Below are positions 26,968 to 40,395 of a stretch of 64,000 nucleotides of DNA, in pieces. This DNA is from Podarcis bocagei (taxonomy: Eukaryota). The stretch's first letter is position 1. Each line of letters opens with the position of its first letter. The notes beneath the pieces were generated by a model, which made no database searches, was not told where the DNA came from, and saw only the letters and a program-made list of their open reading frames with translations. The position numbers and the translations under genes were made by a program. Location: the NCBI GenBank assembly GCA_964188305.1, contig OZ076896.1. One strand, 5' to 3'.

Positions 26968-27206
26968 GAAGAGAAGAAGAAGAGTTTGGATTTGATATCC
27001 CGCTTTATCACTACCCGAAGGAGTCTCAAAGCGGCTAACATTCTCCTTTCCCTTCCTCCCCCACAACAAACACTCTGTGAGGTGAGTGGGGCTGAGAGAC
27101 TTCAGAGAAGTGTGACTAGCCCAGCAGCTGCATGTGGAGGAGCGGAGACGCGAACCCAGTTCCCCAGATTACGAGTCTACCGCCCTTAACCACTACACCA
27201 CACTGG
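26968..27206 (-). mobile_element. tRNA-derived CORE/MIR-like SINE (Squam3-like) with (TTC)n tail
   Basis: Minus-strand head ccagtgtggtgtagtggttaag...gggttcgcgtc (A/B boxes), CORE-like ctctcagccccactcacctcacag, tail (ttc)n. Confidence 0.8.
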
Positions 27207-30200
27207 TTACCCAATGTGTTGGGGAACCCCGATCAGATTTTGGGGGGGGTGCAGTGGGTATGGGGAAATTCTGCCGTGCAAGCTGAAGTTGTTCACTCCC
27301 TCAGTGACTTCAAAATTTCTAGTTTCATCACCTACTGGACACACTTACTAGAGAAGAATGAACTGGGCTCACACAAGACGCTGTTAGGCTCCAAAGTCAG
27401 CTCAGCAGTAGGAAAGCCACTGTGATCTCCAGAGGGTTTGAGGAGGAGGAGAAATTCCTAACGGTGTTTCGTCATACAGGTTGGGATTACTACAACTGCA
27501 GCTAATCTGATATTAGCTTGCAAAAACGTTCCCTCCCCATTAAGGATATGAGTACATATCCAGTAGCAGACCATCTTACAACTGCTCTTAGAACTACTGT
27601 AGAATTCTAGAGTCTTGCAATAATTTGAATTCTAGCAGTTTTGCTGCTGTACATAATTTGTTGTTTAAAGATCTATTTTGTGCATGGTCTTCTGACTCAT
27701 GCTTGCTCAGTGACAAAAGGACCAATTTACCCTCAAGTGCTTGTCCCTCACTCGGCATACAAGGCTAGTAAAATATGTTTGCACGTGCAGACCCTGCAGT
27801 AAAAACTCAAGATGGCATCGTTATCTAAACCTTTTATTTTGTTGTCTATGAAATGAAACTGTGGAACTTCAGGAACCTGCCTCAGCTCCAAGTTAGAGAC
27901 AAAGACAAGGCTTCTGGTATGATCCAGTGGGTGGCCAAACACTCAACATCACAAGTAGAAATGTGAACACAAGGAAAGAAACAAAAAGGCTAAATGATCA
28001 GGAAAGAAATATGGGAGAGAAGAAATAGATGTTGGAAGAAGAAAAAAGTAGAAGGTTCAGAAATGTAACAGCAAAACTCTTAATGTGGTACGATAACTAT
28101 TAGCTGAAAGACAAAGGCAATGTTTGTACATTATGGTAAGCCATAGTTAATAGGCTTTCCATGATTTTATAGAAGGCTCTTACTTCATTCCTTTCCTCTA
28201 GCCAGCAGGAGCAACAAGCTAAGATGTCTGGCTCCACATTACTAGGGATTATGATTTATTTTGCCCCAAGTCATGAGCCAAGAATAAACCTTGCCACTTT
28301 TAGACCCAGATGCGGTGAAAAGCGGGGTATATATTATTATTATTTTTTTAAAAAATGTTTGAAGTAAAAACAAATCATGATTCCTAGTTAGAACGTAACA
28401 TGAAGCCAGGGATCGTGCTTTGCAGCTCCCGTTGGCTAGAGCACAGGTCTTCATCAGATAGGCTGGGAATCTAGTTGTGGCTCACGGCCTAATCCAAGGT
28501 GGATTGCGACAGAGGCACTAACACCATGCAGATATGTGGTAAAAGATTAAGAAATGGGTCCCCAAATGAATATTTGGGTTAAAAGTGGGTCCTGGGGTCT
28601 GAAAAATGTTAAAGACTACTGGGCTAGAGGGGAAAGAGAAAAGCGGGAGTCTTCTATACCATCATGGAAAACCATTATCTATAGTTTGCCATGATGTTCA
28701 AACTGGATCATAGAAAAGCAAAAAGTGAAGGTTTAACAAGGTATAACAATAAATTATGTCTGTTGCATGTAAAGACTGGTAAAAGGAGCCTTCTACCTAC
28801 AGGGGGCGAAACAGATAAGGAGCACACAAGCCTGGAACCTTGATATCAAGCAGGTAGAACCCCCGTTTCAATGTAACATTCAAGACTGTATGTATTTGTT
28901 GTGACCCACCCTGCTGACAAAGGATGGGGATAGTCATTTCTTAAATTGATGAAGGTGTTTTAAAAAGAAAAGAAAGGTCTTAGCGATGTAAGCATTTAAA
29001 ACGTAGTGAAGGCCCATTATCTATACTTCTGTTTTTCAGGCTTGATTTGTATTTCCTAGACAAAAACACCCAGCGTGTCTTTTTAGGCAAACCTGGCTAT
29101 GTCTAAAATATGTCTCAGGAGTACAAGCAAGAGAAAGAGAGTGTGGGTGTTATTGTACTGCTGTGTCAAGCTTAAAGATGTGAAGGTCCAGAAAATAAGA
29201 AAGAGAAAAATTGGAAAGAAACCCAGAAAAAGAGGGGGCAGGTCCACCCCCTATTTTTCCAGTTGCCCCCCAGATCTTCATATCACTAGTCAAGCTGATA
29301 GTGAAGCAGAACTGCATCCATTTGAAGACCCAAGAATCATAAGAGGTCCTGAAGCCACTGTACATATGAGCAAAACCAAGTCCTAGTAAGAACTGCTGCA
29401 TCTCTTAAGATTCTATACAATCTTGCCACTTCAAACTGTCCTTTGTTTTTCTTGCAAAGTAAATAAACTTTTGTAATTTTGAATAAATGCCTGTAAAAAT
29501 TGGAACTATAGGGATGTCATACTTTCTGAATGCCTTGAATGATTAAAGGCATTAACATGAATTAAAACTATTTCACATTTTCAAAAGGAAACAATATTAA
29601 TGCAAATGTTACCTTTCCAAATTGCCTCAAGATATATATTGTTAACTAAAAACAATGTCTGAAACAAATCATTAAAAGTCAATCACTCCTGTCTTCCAAG
29701 AAAGAAAAATACCACAAAGCACCAGATTATAGGAACATAATGACTAGATGGGAAGAATTAAATGTTCAGTTTGGCCAGAACTAGTCTACTCTGCTTAGCA
29801 AACGTATAACAATATAGCACATATATAAACTGACAAATGAATATGTGCTATGAAATCTCCTTGAAGTAAATCATATTATGAGTTAACAAGTTACCATGAA
29901 TTAGATAGCATACCAATGGGAAACTCTGAACAATTTTAGAATGCTTCGTTGAAGATCAGGCAAAGTACGAGTATATTTCATGTGGGACAACACAAAGTCA
30001 TCCTCATCTGGGTTATGTGGTTTACTTGGTAGCAGAGCATTTGAGCATGAAAGAGAGATAAATAAAATGTCATTGCCAACCTTTGCAATATGCTCACATA
30101 CCAGTCAAGGTAATCCATTTCAAAATATAAGGCATGGGAGAGCCTTCATTCTGATCAGTAGTAACACCCTTTCCTGCACTGGCATTTCAGAGAGTTGGAG

Positions 30201-30272
30201 ATAACTTCCTTTCATAAAAAAACAAATCTCCCCTTATCTCCTGATAAATATCCATTTTCTATCACAACTTAC

Positions 30273-30375
30273 CTGCAGACTTCTGGCGAACCTCTATGCG
30301 ATCCGACTGCCGCAATACACTTGGTTCAAACTTTGGGGTAACTACAGCATAACGAAGCAGCTCTTCGTATTCATC
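30273..30375 (-). CDS. POC5: POC5 coding exon 2
   Basis: tgacag|GAT...GCA G|gtaagt, 103 nt: DEYEELLRYAVVTPKFEPSVLRQSDRIEVRQKSA. Confidence 0.96.
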
Positions 30376-31799
30376 CTGTCATAAAAGGACCACAAGACTG
30401 ATGTCAAAGGCAGTGACTGGGTTGAGTGCGACAGTTTGTGCCGGTTTACTGTGCAGGAAGGCTATTCTCACGCATTCTGCTTTTGCTATCATATTGTTTA
30501 GGAAATTGTCTTAATGTATTCATTGTACTTTTATTGTATCTTTCTATGCATTAGTATTTTGTTTACCACTTAGGGGGCCGTAACGTAACACAAATAATTG
30601 CAAAATTTGATGGTAAATCAAAAGTTCAAAATGCGGGAAGTTTAACTTGCTCTCTTTCTATTTCCATCCTTGCTCACTCCTTTTCCCATACAAAGGAGGC
30701 TACTGATCTCAAGGTTTCCCTGCTTGCCAAATCTCTTAGTTGCTGAATGGAGAAAGACATGGCTTCTGAGGTCTTGCCACCGCTCAGCCCTCCTATTCCC
30801 CCCACCCCCCACTGTGATAGCTTGTTGGTTTTTCAAACACCATTCCCAATATTTAAACTGAGTTACTCAAATCACTAACACCTAGTGTCTGTTTTATTTG
30901 TATATTGTATTAACACATATAATGCTCAAGACTACAACTGACAAAAACATATATATAAAAAAAACAGCACCACCAAACACACAAACAAATTCAAAATTAG
31001 GCAACATTTTAAGGCATTATATGGTAACAGCCCATTAAACAATTCATCAAAATGTAACTGATGAAAAACCAATCTCAAAACAAATAGGTTCATAATTACC
31101 AACTCATAAGAGTATTTCGAAAGTAAAAACTTAGTCTTGAACTAATTAAAACACATATCCCACCTAATAAAAATAATAATACTGTGACCATAAGCACACT
31201 TACTAGGGAGCAAACACCAGAAAAGCAGCACATTTAAAAAGGACAGAATATAGTTGCCAAGAAATTCCTATGACGTAAGAAGTATGCAGTGCACTTGTGG
31301 GGCCAGCATCTCAACCTCCTCTCTTACTTGGGCCAACCTAAGTCCTTTCTTAGCTATCCCAAAAGTGAGGGCTCTGGGATCTGATGACATGGATCAGAAT
31401 ACAGAGCCTCACCTGCATTCAACCACCAAGGGAAGAACCCACCACCTGCAGTGGCTTCATGGAAAATACCCATGCAATGGACATCACTGCTGGTTTTGCA
31501 CCCAACAGTGGATGTTGACAATAATATCTAATAGTAGGTGCAATAATTGTAATAATAATACCTAGGGGGAGGGTTGGGTTCACAGGGCTTCTGTCTCTTT
31601 GGTGGTGGCAGCTGGGAAGCAGATGGTAAGAAGTGTCTCACAAGTCTTCTAAATTGTTGCTGCTGAGCTTAGTCCTTGATAGCAAAGCTACTGAGAGAAG
31701 GCAACACTATTAACTACTTCAACTACCTCAGGGCCTATGATCAGCAGGGGAAACCTTGTTGGTGGTGCTGCCTCTCTGGCTGCTGCCTGGTTGGAATTG

Positions 31800-32120
31800 G
31801 CCTGTGACAGGGCATTCTCAGTGGTGGTTCCTCAATTGTGGAATGTGCTCCCTGGTGAGGTGCACCCACCTCCCTAATCATTGACTTTAAGAAGAAATTT
31901 TAGAACATTCCTGTTTATTACCAACATTTGGTGGCTACAAGATACTGGCCAGGGCGATCTTGAAATTAGGAACTGTGAGATACAATTGCTTTTAAATGTT
32001 TTAGATGTTCTAAATATTTTTAAATGTTTCTTATGTATTTATTTTTAAATTGTATTGTTCAGTCATTTTGATGTTTGCCACCCTGGGTTCTTTTGGGAAG
32101 AAGGGTGGGACAGAAATTTA
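31800..32120 (+). mobile_element. Old L2-like LINE 3' fragment
   Basis: gggcattctcagtggtggttcctcaattgtggaat (AFSVVVPQLWN-like) followed by an AT-rich 3' UTR. Confidence 0.55.
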
Positions 32121-32797
32121 ATAATATTACTTACGACACAGCTTCTACAATATTGCCATTCAGAAGCCACTTCAGCAATCATCCTGAAACAGACAACCTT
32201 TTCACCCAAGTACTCACACTCGGAGTCAACAAGGTGGCTCTCCCTCTCTGAAGGGCTGACACCCAAACGCCCATTCATGACTGAGAAAGTGCGCCTTCTT
32301 GATGGGCTAAGGATCTGGTTTCCTCAGGAGAGCTACAGTCAGGGAGCAGCCAGCATTCAAATTATGCTAGCTTGGGCCTGTGCATAGCCATCAGGAGGAT
32401 TAGACCCACTCATCTGAAGTCCAAATGTGCAAACAGTACTGGTTCCTAACAGCATGCTTTGAACAAACATGTGAAGAATCACTCAGAGCCACGGCTGCTG
32501 GTCCACCTTCCAGCCTTACCTCAGCCTAGTGTGGCAGAGTTGTGCCCACCCTTAGATAAAAATACACAGAAGACTAGAAATTTGAGCATCTACTTGTGGC
32601 AGTTATAAAAGGTCGAGATGCTGCATTTATTTACGGAGATGTACATTGTACTACACTTATTCTTCTCCACAGACATTATGTACTGTTTCATTCTGCTAGA
32701 TTTACAGGTGAATAGGATCTAAATGAAAGTTAACAGTTCTTAAGACATGCACTTTTAAAAAACACTGCACAATTTCCAAAACCTATTTCTAGCCCAC

Positions 32798-32881
32798 CTG
32801 AAGTTCTGAAGAAACAGAACTCCCTCGATCAGAGTCTTTTGGCAAAACTGGACTTGTGCTGTTCTCTTCAGATGATGACAT
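32798..32881 (-). CDS. POC5: POC5 first coding exon (ATG at 32881; exon acceptor at 32898)
   Basis: ATG TCA TCA TCT GAA GAG...CAG|gtgggc: MSSSEENSTSPVLPKDSDRGSSVSSELQ. The 12 coding exons sum to 1779 nt = 592 aa plus stop, with all phases consistent. Confidence 0.96.
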
Positions 32882-34588
32882 CCCACACTAAGGTATACCT
32901 ATTAAAAAAAAAATCCAGAGGGTGAACTTCATTTTTTTTAATCCAAATCCCATTTCTTCATACGTATTGGCCAAACGTTCTTCTAAATCATTAATGGGCT
33001 CCAAATTTGAGGCAGGTAATCTTACGGGGTCACAAACTTTTCCATAACCAGTTCTAGTTCAATATTTGTGGTTCATTTAGGCTAAGAAGCAGAGTACTTC
33101 CTTACTTGCCACTCTCTTCCAAAAAAGTGTAATAAGGCTGGCTTTCTCAGAAGAATCTGCACCCTCCTGTTTACACTAACTAGAATACCGTATTGAATAA
33201 AATCATAAGGGACCAACACTTAAATTTTGTTGCTTTCCCTGCTTTTGGGGAGTGATATTGCTGTTTTGTTATTATTGATTTGCTGTTAATAGGCTTTGAT
33301 ATTGTTTTTAATTATTTGTCTGGTAATGACTTGGAGTTTTGTTCAAAAGAAAAGTGGGATTATTCAATAAAATATAAATAAGAACCAGAAATCAAAAACT
33401 AATAATACTGATTAGAACACTGAGTAAAACAAAAAGAGGTAAAAATCTAAAACATGGCCTGACACCTTGTCTCTATACCATTCTTTTTCTTTTCTTTTTT
33501 GCAATGCAATGTACAAGTTAAGACCATCATAAAACATTCTAACACATATTCACAGGTTAACTAGAAGCAAGTTAGCTTGCACTGCAGAATAACCTAATTT
33601 GGTCTACATAATCACCTTCTTTATACCATACACTAAGCTTCCACCCTCCAAATATGGAGCCTGCTAGAAACGCTTTCAAGTTATAACACAGATCCAGTCT
33701 ATGTGGCAAGAACCTGTTTTGAATAACTGTAAAGAGTCTTCTAAGATCACATAAGCAGAATCTGCAGGTCTTGATTAAGACAAATGGAGTATTTCACTGC
33801 TTTTGGGGAAGCATTACTCAAGTAAAGGTACCAACAGCATGCAGAAATACTCTTTCAGCTCCTATTTCAATCAAGCTTTTATCTTAATCAGCTCTAAAGT
33901 GTTGCTTAAGGCTAATGTACAACAGATGCAGACACAGGAGGTTAAGGCGGCCATATTTCAATTTTATCCAGCTGTCCTAAAAATGTGCAAAGTAGCCAAT
34001 TTATAGCACTTTAAAGAGTGTTTAAAGCATATCACACACACTAACAAGAAGGTTGCAAGGAAGCTCATCTCCAAATTTCAAATAAGGGCATAAGAGAGGG
34101 AGACAGCAACTTTTTTTATAGTCACTAAGTCAGCTCATATGGCTTAGATTGGGAGTAAGAAACGACTGAGCTACCATGAGGGAAAAGTAGGTAACCAGGT
34201 TGCTTAGGCAACCCAACAGACTTAAAACACACACATGTACCTTCAAGCATGGGTCTGCTCAAGTTCACGGAATGTGAATTAAAGTGCTGTGAAAAAACAT
34301 ACGTTGTGCGCATTAACAACACTAGTGTAAAAGGCATGTTAGCAAGCATTTTGTAGCAGTAAGGCTACTGGACTGACAATCACACCCATATGATTTTTTT
34401 CTTTTTGTTGTATTGGTCTTCTGTCAGCGGCAACATTATTTTCGATTACTTATTTATTTCTCACTACATTTACACCCCACCATTCCCCCCAAAGAGCTCC
34501 AAGCAGCCTGCATGGTTTTCCCCATCCTCATTTCATCCTCTTAAGAAGCCTGTGAGGCAAGTTAGGCTGAGAGAGTGACTGACTGAAA

Positions 34589-34724
34589 CAGGCATAGGCA
34601 AACTCGACCCTCCAGACGCGTTCGGACTACAACTCCCATGATCCCTAGCTAACAGGACCAGCGGTCAGGGATGATGGAAACTGTAGTCCCAAAACATCTG
34701 GAGGGCCGAGTTTGCCTATGCCTG
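34589..34724. mobile_element. hAT-type palindromic MITE inserted in a MIR-like SINE
   Basis: TIRs caggcataggcaaactcg / cgagtttgcctatgcctg; internal inverted ggactacaactccc/gaaactgtagtcc; flanks 34450-34588 and 34725-34800 are MIR-like. Confidence 0.8.
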
Positions 34725-35079
34725 GACCAAGGCCACCCATCGAGTCGGGATGATGAAGCCTGCTCTCCTGTACAGCCCAGCCCTCTAACCACACGGGCTC
34801 AATTCTCACGCTCACCATCTCCTTTAACTCCCGCTTTCCTCTCTAGGCAACCCAAAAGAGAGCGTCGCTAGGTATACTGGTACAGGAAAGCCGCAGTTCT
34901 TACAGACCTACCTGGGAGTAAAGTCCCACTGTACTCAATGGGGCTTACTTCTGAGTAGGCACAAACAAGTGCATGCACTGTGAGTCGGAAAGGGGTCAAC
35001 AGGCCTTAGAAGGCGCCAGGCAGAAGCGTGCAATTAGAAGGAAGTCTTGCGAAGGGTGCATTGCACGGAGAGAAGGGAA

Positions 35080-35720
35080 GAGACGCTTTCGCCCCTCTAG
35101 GCAACGGGCAGATGCAGAATTTAGAATGGCGCTTATTGCGCGTCAGGACGCGAGGAAAGTGACGCGCCTCCGCGACCCGGTGCTTCTCCAGCCTGCCTCC
35201 GGCTCGAGGTCCCCGCAGCCCCTTCCCCCGAAAGCCGCCTCCCTCACCTGAGCAGCCTCCTCCGCTCCTCACCTCCCCAGCAAGAGAAGCCTGACAGTTT
35301 CAAACTGCCAGCCCGGAAAGAAAGGGCGGCTGTGATTGGTCCCCGTCCTCTTGTTAAAGACCCGCTGACAGGGCAGTGTCGCGCAGCCCGCTTGATCGCC
35401 AATCGGCACTCCGGACACGCATTCGGAGGCGGGGCTTTGCCGGTGACGAAGGCCAATTAAAACCCCAGAAGCAAGGGCAGTTCGGCTAGGGATTTTTTTT
35501 TAAGGGCTTCCAGAGCGTGAGTTCTGACGTAACAGAACGGGCCGTCTCCCGCGTGCTGATTGGTTTGTTGATGGGAGCCCGGGCCCGAGAGGCGGGTAGC
35601 GAGGAGGCAGTTGAGGGGTAAGGCCACGTGACAAGGGCGGGAGAAGGCGGGGCGCGTCTGAGGGACGAAGCTGGAGGGTTTGTTGTGGTTACTCAGAAGC
35701 GCAGCGCGAGCTCCCTTTAA
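35080..35720 (-). promoter_or_regulatory. POC5: CpG-island promoter and non-coding exon 1 of POC5 (donor at 35248)
   Basis: CpG-dense; minus-strand donor CAG|gtgagg at 35248; CCAAT boxes at 35335, 35399, 35453, 35559; GC boxes; TTTGAA (CHR-like) at 35299-35304 on minus; CACGTG at 35625. Confidence 0.85.
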
Positions 35721-36204
35721 GCGCAGTGGGGATTACACCGAAATGAGGGTGCACAGGATTGCAGTCTAAATGATAAGAGGGACTTGGAGGTGCTTGATTT
35801 GATCAAGATTCCGCCTGGTCTAGGGGAAGGCAGAAAGATCTTCTGGAAGATCCCTTGATGATTTGCTTTGTTTCTTAAGGGTTTCTCGTTCCCAGCTGCT
35901 TAACAGCAGCAGCAACGAAAATACTTTCCCTGACAAAATTAGGCTGAAGAAAGCCAAGCTGTGGGATTGAAAACAAATTCCTAGGCAGACAGGAAGGCAC
36001 CTGCATTCTCCGGATTCTCCTGCTTTGCGTTATGACCAAGAGTCGCTCCAGTACTGCGGAGGTTTAGCGGATTATTTCACTAAAATTTAAGATACGTTTG
36101 CCTTTCCTCACAAATAATGGAGTTTCCTAGAGTAAAAGCACTTGGGAATACTTAAAATGCCAGCAAGGCTGAAGTACTTGCTAAGAGTTAGTTGTATTTT
36201 AATA

Positions 36205-36261
36205 TTTTGTTGGAAGCCGCCCAGAGTGGCTGGGGAAACCCAGCCAGATGGATGGGGTATA

Positions 36262-36306
<45 letters not shown>
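36205..36306 (+). mobile_element. L2-like retroposon 3' end with (AAT)n microsatellite tail
   Basis: ggaagccgcccagagtggctggggaaacccagccagatggatggggtat followed by about 15 AAT units (36262-36306). Confidence 0.7.
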
Positions 36307-36820
36307 TAGGCGTGCAGTTGAGAGATTTCCATAGGTGCCTGGTGGTTGGTCACTATCAGAACAGGATGCTGGACTAAATGGGCCGCTGGTCTGATCCATC
36401 AGTCTCTTAAATTCTTACAGTGTACAAATCCAACACATTTTGAGGATGCGTGGACAATTCCAGGGGAGAGTAGAGGAAGGTGAATTCCCTGTCTGTGACA
36501 TTAGCCCAGTGGAAAGCCCATGTGAATAATTTAAACCTCCAAAATGGAAAGCCACTAAGATTTGCTTTAAACAAATCTTAAAAGCATTTATGACAAATTA
36601 GGACATTGTTGTTCAACCTTCGGTCCCCATATGCACAACAGCTGAGGACTTGTGAACAACACTGCATTTGACAGTAAGAGCATCAGTTTCAATACTGATT
36701 TCCAAAGAACAGTTCCAACTTAAATTACTCAGCACATTTACAAAAATAAAGATGCTAATGTTTAATCTTAAAGGGATTTTTAAAAAAAGATTACAATAAT
36801 AGCGTACTTGGTTAAAAAAA

Positions 36821-37150
36821 AAGGTAAACGACCCCGGGACGGTTAAATCCAGTCAAAGGTGACTGGGGAGCATTACTCATCTCGCTTCAGGCCGAGGGAG
36901 CCGGCGTTTGTCCACAGACAGCTTTCTGGATCATGTGGCCAGCATAACTAACTGCTTCTGGCACAACGGAACACCGTGACTGAAGCCAGAGCTCATGGAA
37001 ACGCCATTTACCTTCCTGCCACAGCGGTACCTATTTATCTACTTGCACTGGTATGCTTTCAAAATGCTAGGTTGGCAGAAGCTAAGGCAGAGTAATGGGA
37101 GCTCACCCTGTCACATGGATTCGAACTGCCGACCTTCCAGTCAGCAAGCC
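36821..37150 (-). mobile_element. Sauria SINE (older, diverged copy)
   Basis: Reverse complement of the 40043 SINE: ccgagggagccggcg, gtggccagcat, gcggtacctatttatctacttgcac, ttcgaactgccgaccttc. Confidence 0.85.
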
Positions 37151-38400
37151 CAACCCCACATCCCTGTACATATTAACAGCCAGCTCATTATCCACATATG
37201 GCTTTTTGTGCAGCCAAAACTGCATAATTTTTACACACAAGAGGGGAGGTGTCAACAGGCCTGGGGAAACTACAATACTAAATTAAATAATAAGTGAAGC
37301 ACATATGCAAAATCAGTCCAATAAGGAGGATTGAGCTGGCTGTCCAGAACACTGTTACTCTCCACACTGCAGTATCTTCCTGCAGGTCCTACTTAGTTAG
37401 AAAGAAGACTTCCCTGCCTCCCCACCCCCACCCCTTGTTTAAGCTTCTCAATAAAATATCATTGTGGAATATCTCTGATCAGCTGACAAATGACTAATAC
37501 GGTACTGAGGTAAAAGCAATGCTGTCAAAATGAAAGAGATCAGGTAATCAGCTAAGCCTCCTCTGAAATGAGTTCAAAAGATCAGCATTTCTAGAGATCT
37601 CTTAATGGCAATGCGTACACCAATAACGTATTTGTGATGACATATTTTGCCTCCAGCGCTATGAATTTCCACTGCATCCAGAGGTAAAGAACAATAAAGT
37701 GCACATTATCAGCCATCTCTCATGCTAGAACTGGGGGTTCTGCTGAAATCTATTATTCAAAATTGTGAGGAATGAAGCCTTTTATTTTCCCATTCTTGCT
37801 TGCAGCAGTCTATGATGTACCATTTTAAAGGCAGCCTACAGACAATTCCACAATGCAACTTACAGAACTACTATGAAGCTTTTAACTACTAAGCGCGCAG
37901 AACTGAGTCGCCACTAGAAAGTGCACTTATGAGAGTGGAGCTGCCAGATGGAAATCTCTCCACATTTTGCTCCAAAGAGATGGATGTTGACAGATGATGA
38001 CTGGCTTCATGTTTCATGGGTCCCCTGGCAAAGTGCTCTCTGATTGGACTCTTCCTATGATAGTAGCCCCTCCCATTTGGATTTCACACACGAGTAAGTG
38101 GGGGCACCATATAGGTGGGGAATGGGGCCAAGACCCCCCAAATTTTCAAGCAGAGGGGCAGGCCCCCTCAATATTCTGCAGCTGCAGTGGGCCTCCCCGT
38201 GGCTGTGGTGGGCCCCAGCAAGGCCCCTCCCATCGTGTGACATCACACATGCACACTGCCCCCCTCCCGTTGGGCAGCACCCAGCGCATGTGTAAGTATG
38301 GCTATTTTAGTTTATGTAGGCAGTGGAGCTACTGGGATACAGCCCTCACACTGAAAATCTCTTTTCATCACTTCTCTGATAAAAATAGGGACATCTTACC

Positions 38401-38538
38401 ATACCCTCCAATATTTCTCAGATGAAAATAGGCACATCCTAAGGAAAAGCGAGATATCCCGGGATCAAATCAGAAACTGGGATGACTTCTGTAAATCCGG
38501 GACTGTTCCTGGAAAATAGGGATACTTGGAGGGTCTGC
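38401..38538. mobile_element. Short MITE-like element
   Basis: accctccaa ... ttggagggt inverted termini with repeated gggac/aaatagg motifs. Confidence 0.5.
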
Positions 38539-40042
38539 AAAAGGAGCACAGGGAGTTCTGTATACCGGTATATAGGAGAATTTATAAAAGCAAGTGGCCC
38601 TCACTGAACTGGTGTAAAAGATCTTGTCAACCGGAGGAGCCCTGGCTGCCTAGATAAAACACTATAGCCCCACACACCTTTACCTGGGAGTAAGGCCCAC
38701 TGAACTCGGTGCAGCTTTCGTCTGAGTAGACAGTTATTTACTAGATGCAAGTCAGCAGCAGCAGACGCCCCTGCTCGGCCAGGCACTTGGGAGCCTCAGC
38801 AATCGCTCTCTCCACCTGGAAACAAACTAGGACTGCTCGAAGAAAATGCACGTGCCAAAAATAAGCACTGGGCTGCCCCCTTACCTACTTGGGATTGCCC
38901 AAGCAGATAGCCAGCCAATCAGGATTTTGTTTAAAATTTTTTTTCTCTCTTCTCACTTCCCTCTGTGGCCCCCTAGCATCATGCTGTGCCCCCCCCCCAT
39001 TAACGTAATTTTCACCTGTGCCCCCCTTGGAATATCCGGGTTGGGAAACACTGATTTAGTCCACTGCCTGAGCTGGACATACACCACTGTGTTACTTTTC
39101 TTTCTCTGAAGAAATTTCCATCACTTCTACAGCAGGTGGCAAGGCATAATACTGTTCAGGCACCACTGAACTGACAGATGATCACTTGTGAAGACCGGAA
39201 GAGTGACTGGAATACATATGACATTGTGAGGGGAAACAGCTATAAACTGGATTTTACTAGGAGGTAATAAAGATTCCTTAGTAGTGTCAAACAGACTTTG
39301 TTCTTATAAGGGATGTGAATCAGTGTAAAGATCCAGAACATGATAATGAACAAGCAGGGGGAAAGCTAAACGAATGGCAGTAAAAAGCTTCTCAGTCTAT
39401 AATGCCATGAATACTACACACAATAAAAACAGAACAGAACCACAAGCCCTCTTTGTTTGGAAGGCTGTGGCCAAATTGGTACATTGCAGTAGCTGTAGCA
39501 CAAATTATAAAATGCAGAGGAGATCTCCAAATGCTAAATGAATCAGGCCTTTGGTTTTCAGGTTGCTCCTAGAGAGGCAGTGGAGGAATATGCAACTTCG
39601 AATTCTCCCATTTGCCTAACTCTCCCACTTGCTTCTTGTCTTTCTCCACACAGCTAGGTGAAAAAGAGGATTGGACACCTACACATTTAACAGTTGTGTC
39701 ATGCAAGCTGTGCCTACTGAAGGTTCCGTTTCTGCAGAACTAAAAGATGCAGCAGTCCTGTCCACTTTTGGATCTGGCCAGCAGGTGGGGGAGGAGAACA
39801 GCTTTCCAAGAGAATTGGGAGGAACATGGCAAAACAAGTCACCCTCTCTCACTTTATCATCAGGCTAACGCTAGCTTAGACAGGGGCAGATCTCCTATGA
39901 AAGTAGTGAAGCTTAAGCTTCAGGGACCCTAATCCTGGAGAGGCCTCAGAAATGATTTCATTCCACATTGCATCCCTGCCTCTTGACGTCAGGCTGACAG
40001 CTTTCCTGTACTCTTTTTGGCATCCACTTAAGTCACACTTAA

Positions 40043-40395
40043 GGGACGTGGGTGGCGCTGTGGGTTAAACCACAGAGCCTAGGGCTTGCCGATCAGAAGG
40101 TTGGCGGTTCGATTCCCCATGATGGGGTGAGCTCCCGTTCCTCAGTCCCTGCTCCTGCCAACCTAGCAGTTCAAAAGCACGTCAAAGTGCAAGTAGATAA
40201 ATAGGTACCGCTCTGGCAGGAAGGTAAACAGCATTTCCATGCACTGCTCTGGTTTGCTAGAAAGCGGCTTAGTCATGCTGGCCACATGACCCGGAAGCTA
40301 TACGCCGGCTCCCTCGGCCAGTAAAGCAAGATGAGCACGCAACCCCAGAGTCGTCCATGACTGGACCTAACGGTCAGGGGTCCCTTTACCTTTAC
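40043..40395 (+). mobile_element. Full-length Sauria SINE with 15-bp TSD
   Basis: gggacgtgggtggcgctgtggg (A box)...ggttcgattcc (B box)...tail (tttacc)n; TSD cttaagtcacactta at 40027-40041 and 40396-40410. Confidence 0.92.

Noticed and set aside
28900-29500. Possible old LTR in a POC5 intron
   Set aside because: Only an AATAAA and a vague composition shift; no definable termini or TSD
40043-40130. tRNA gene
   Set aside because: The A/B boxes belong to a SINE head; no cloverleaf
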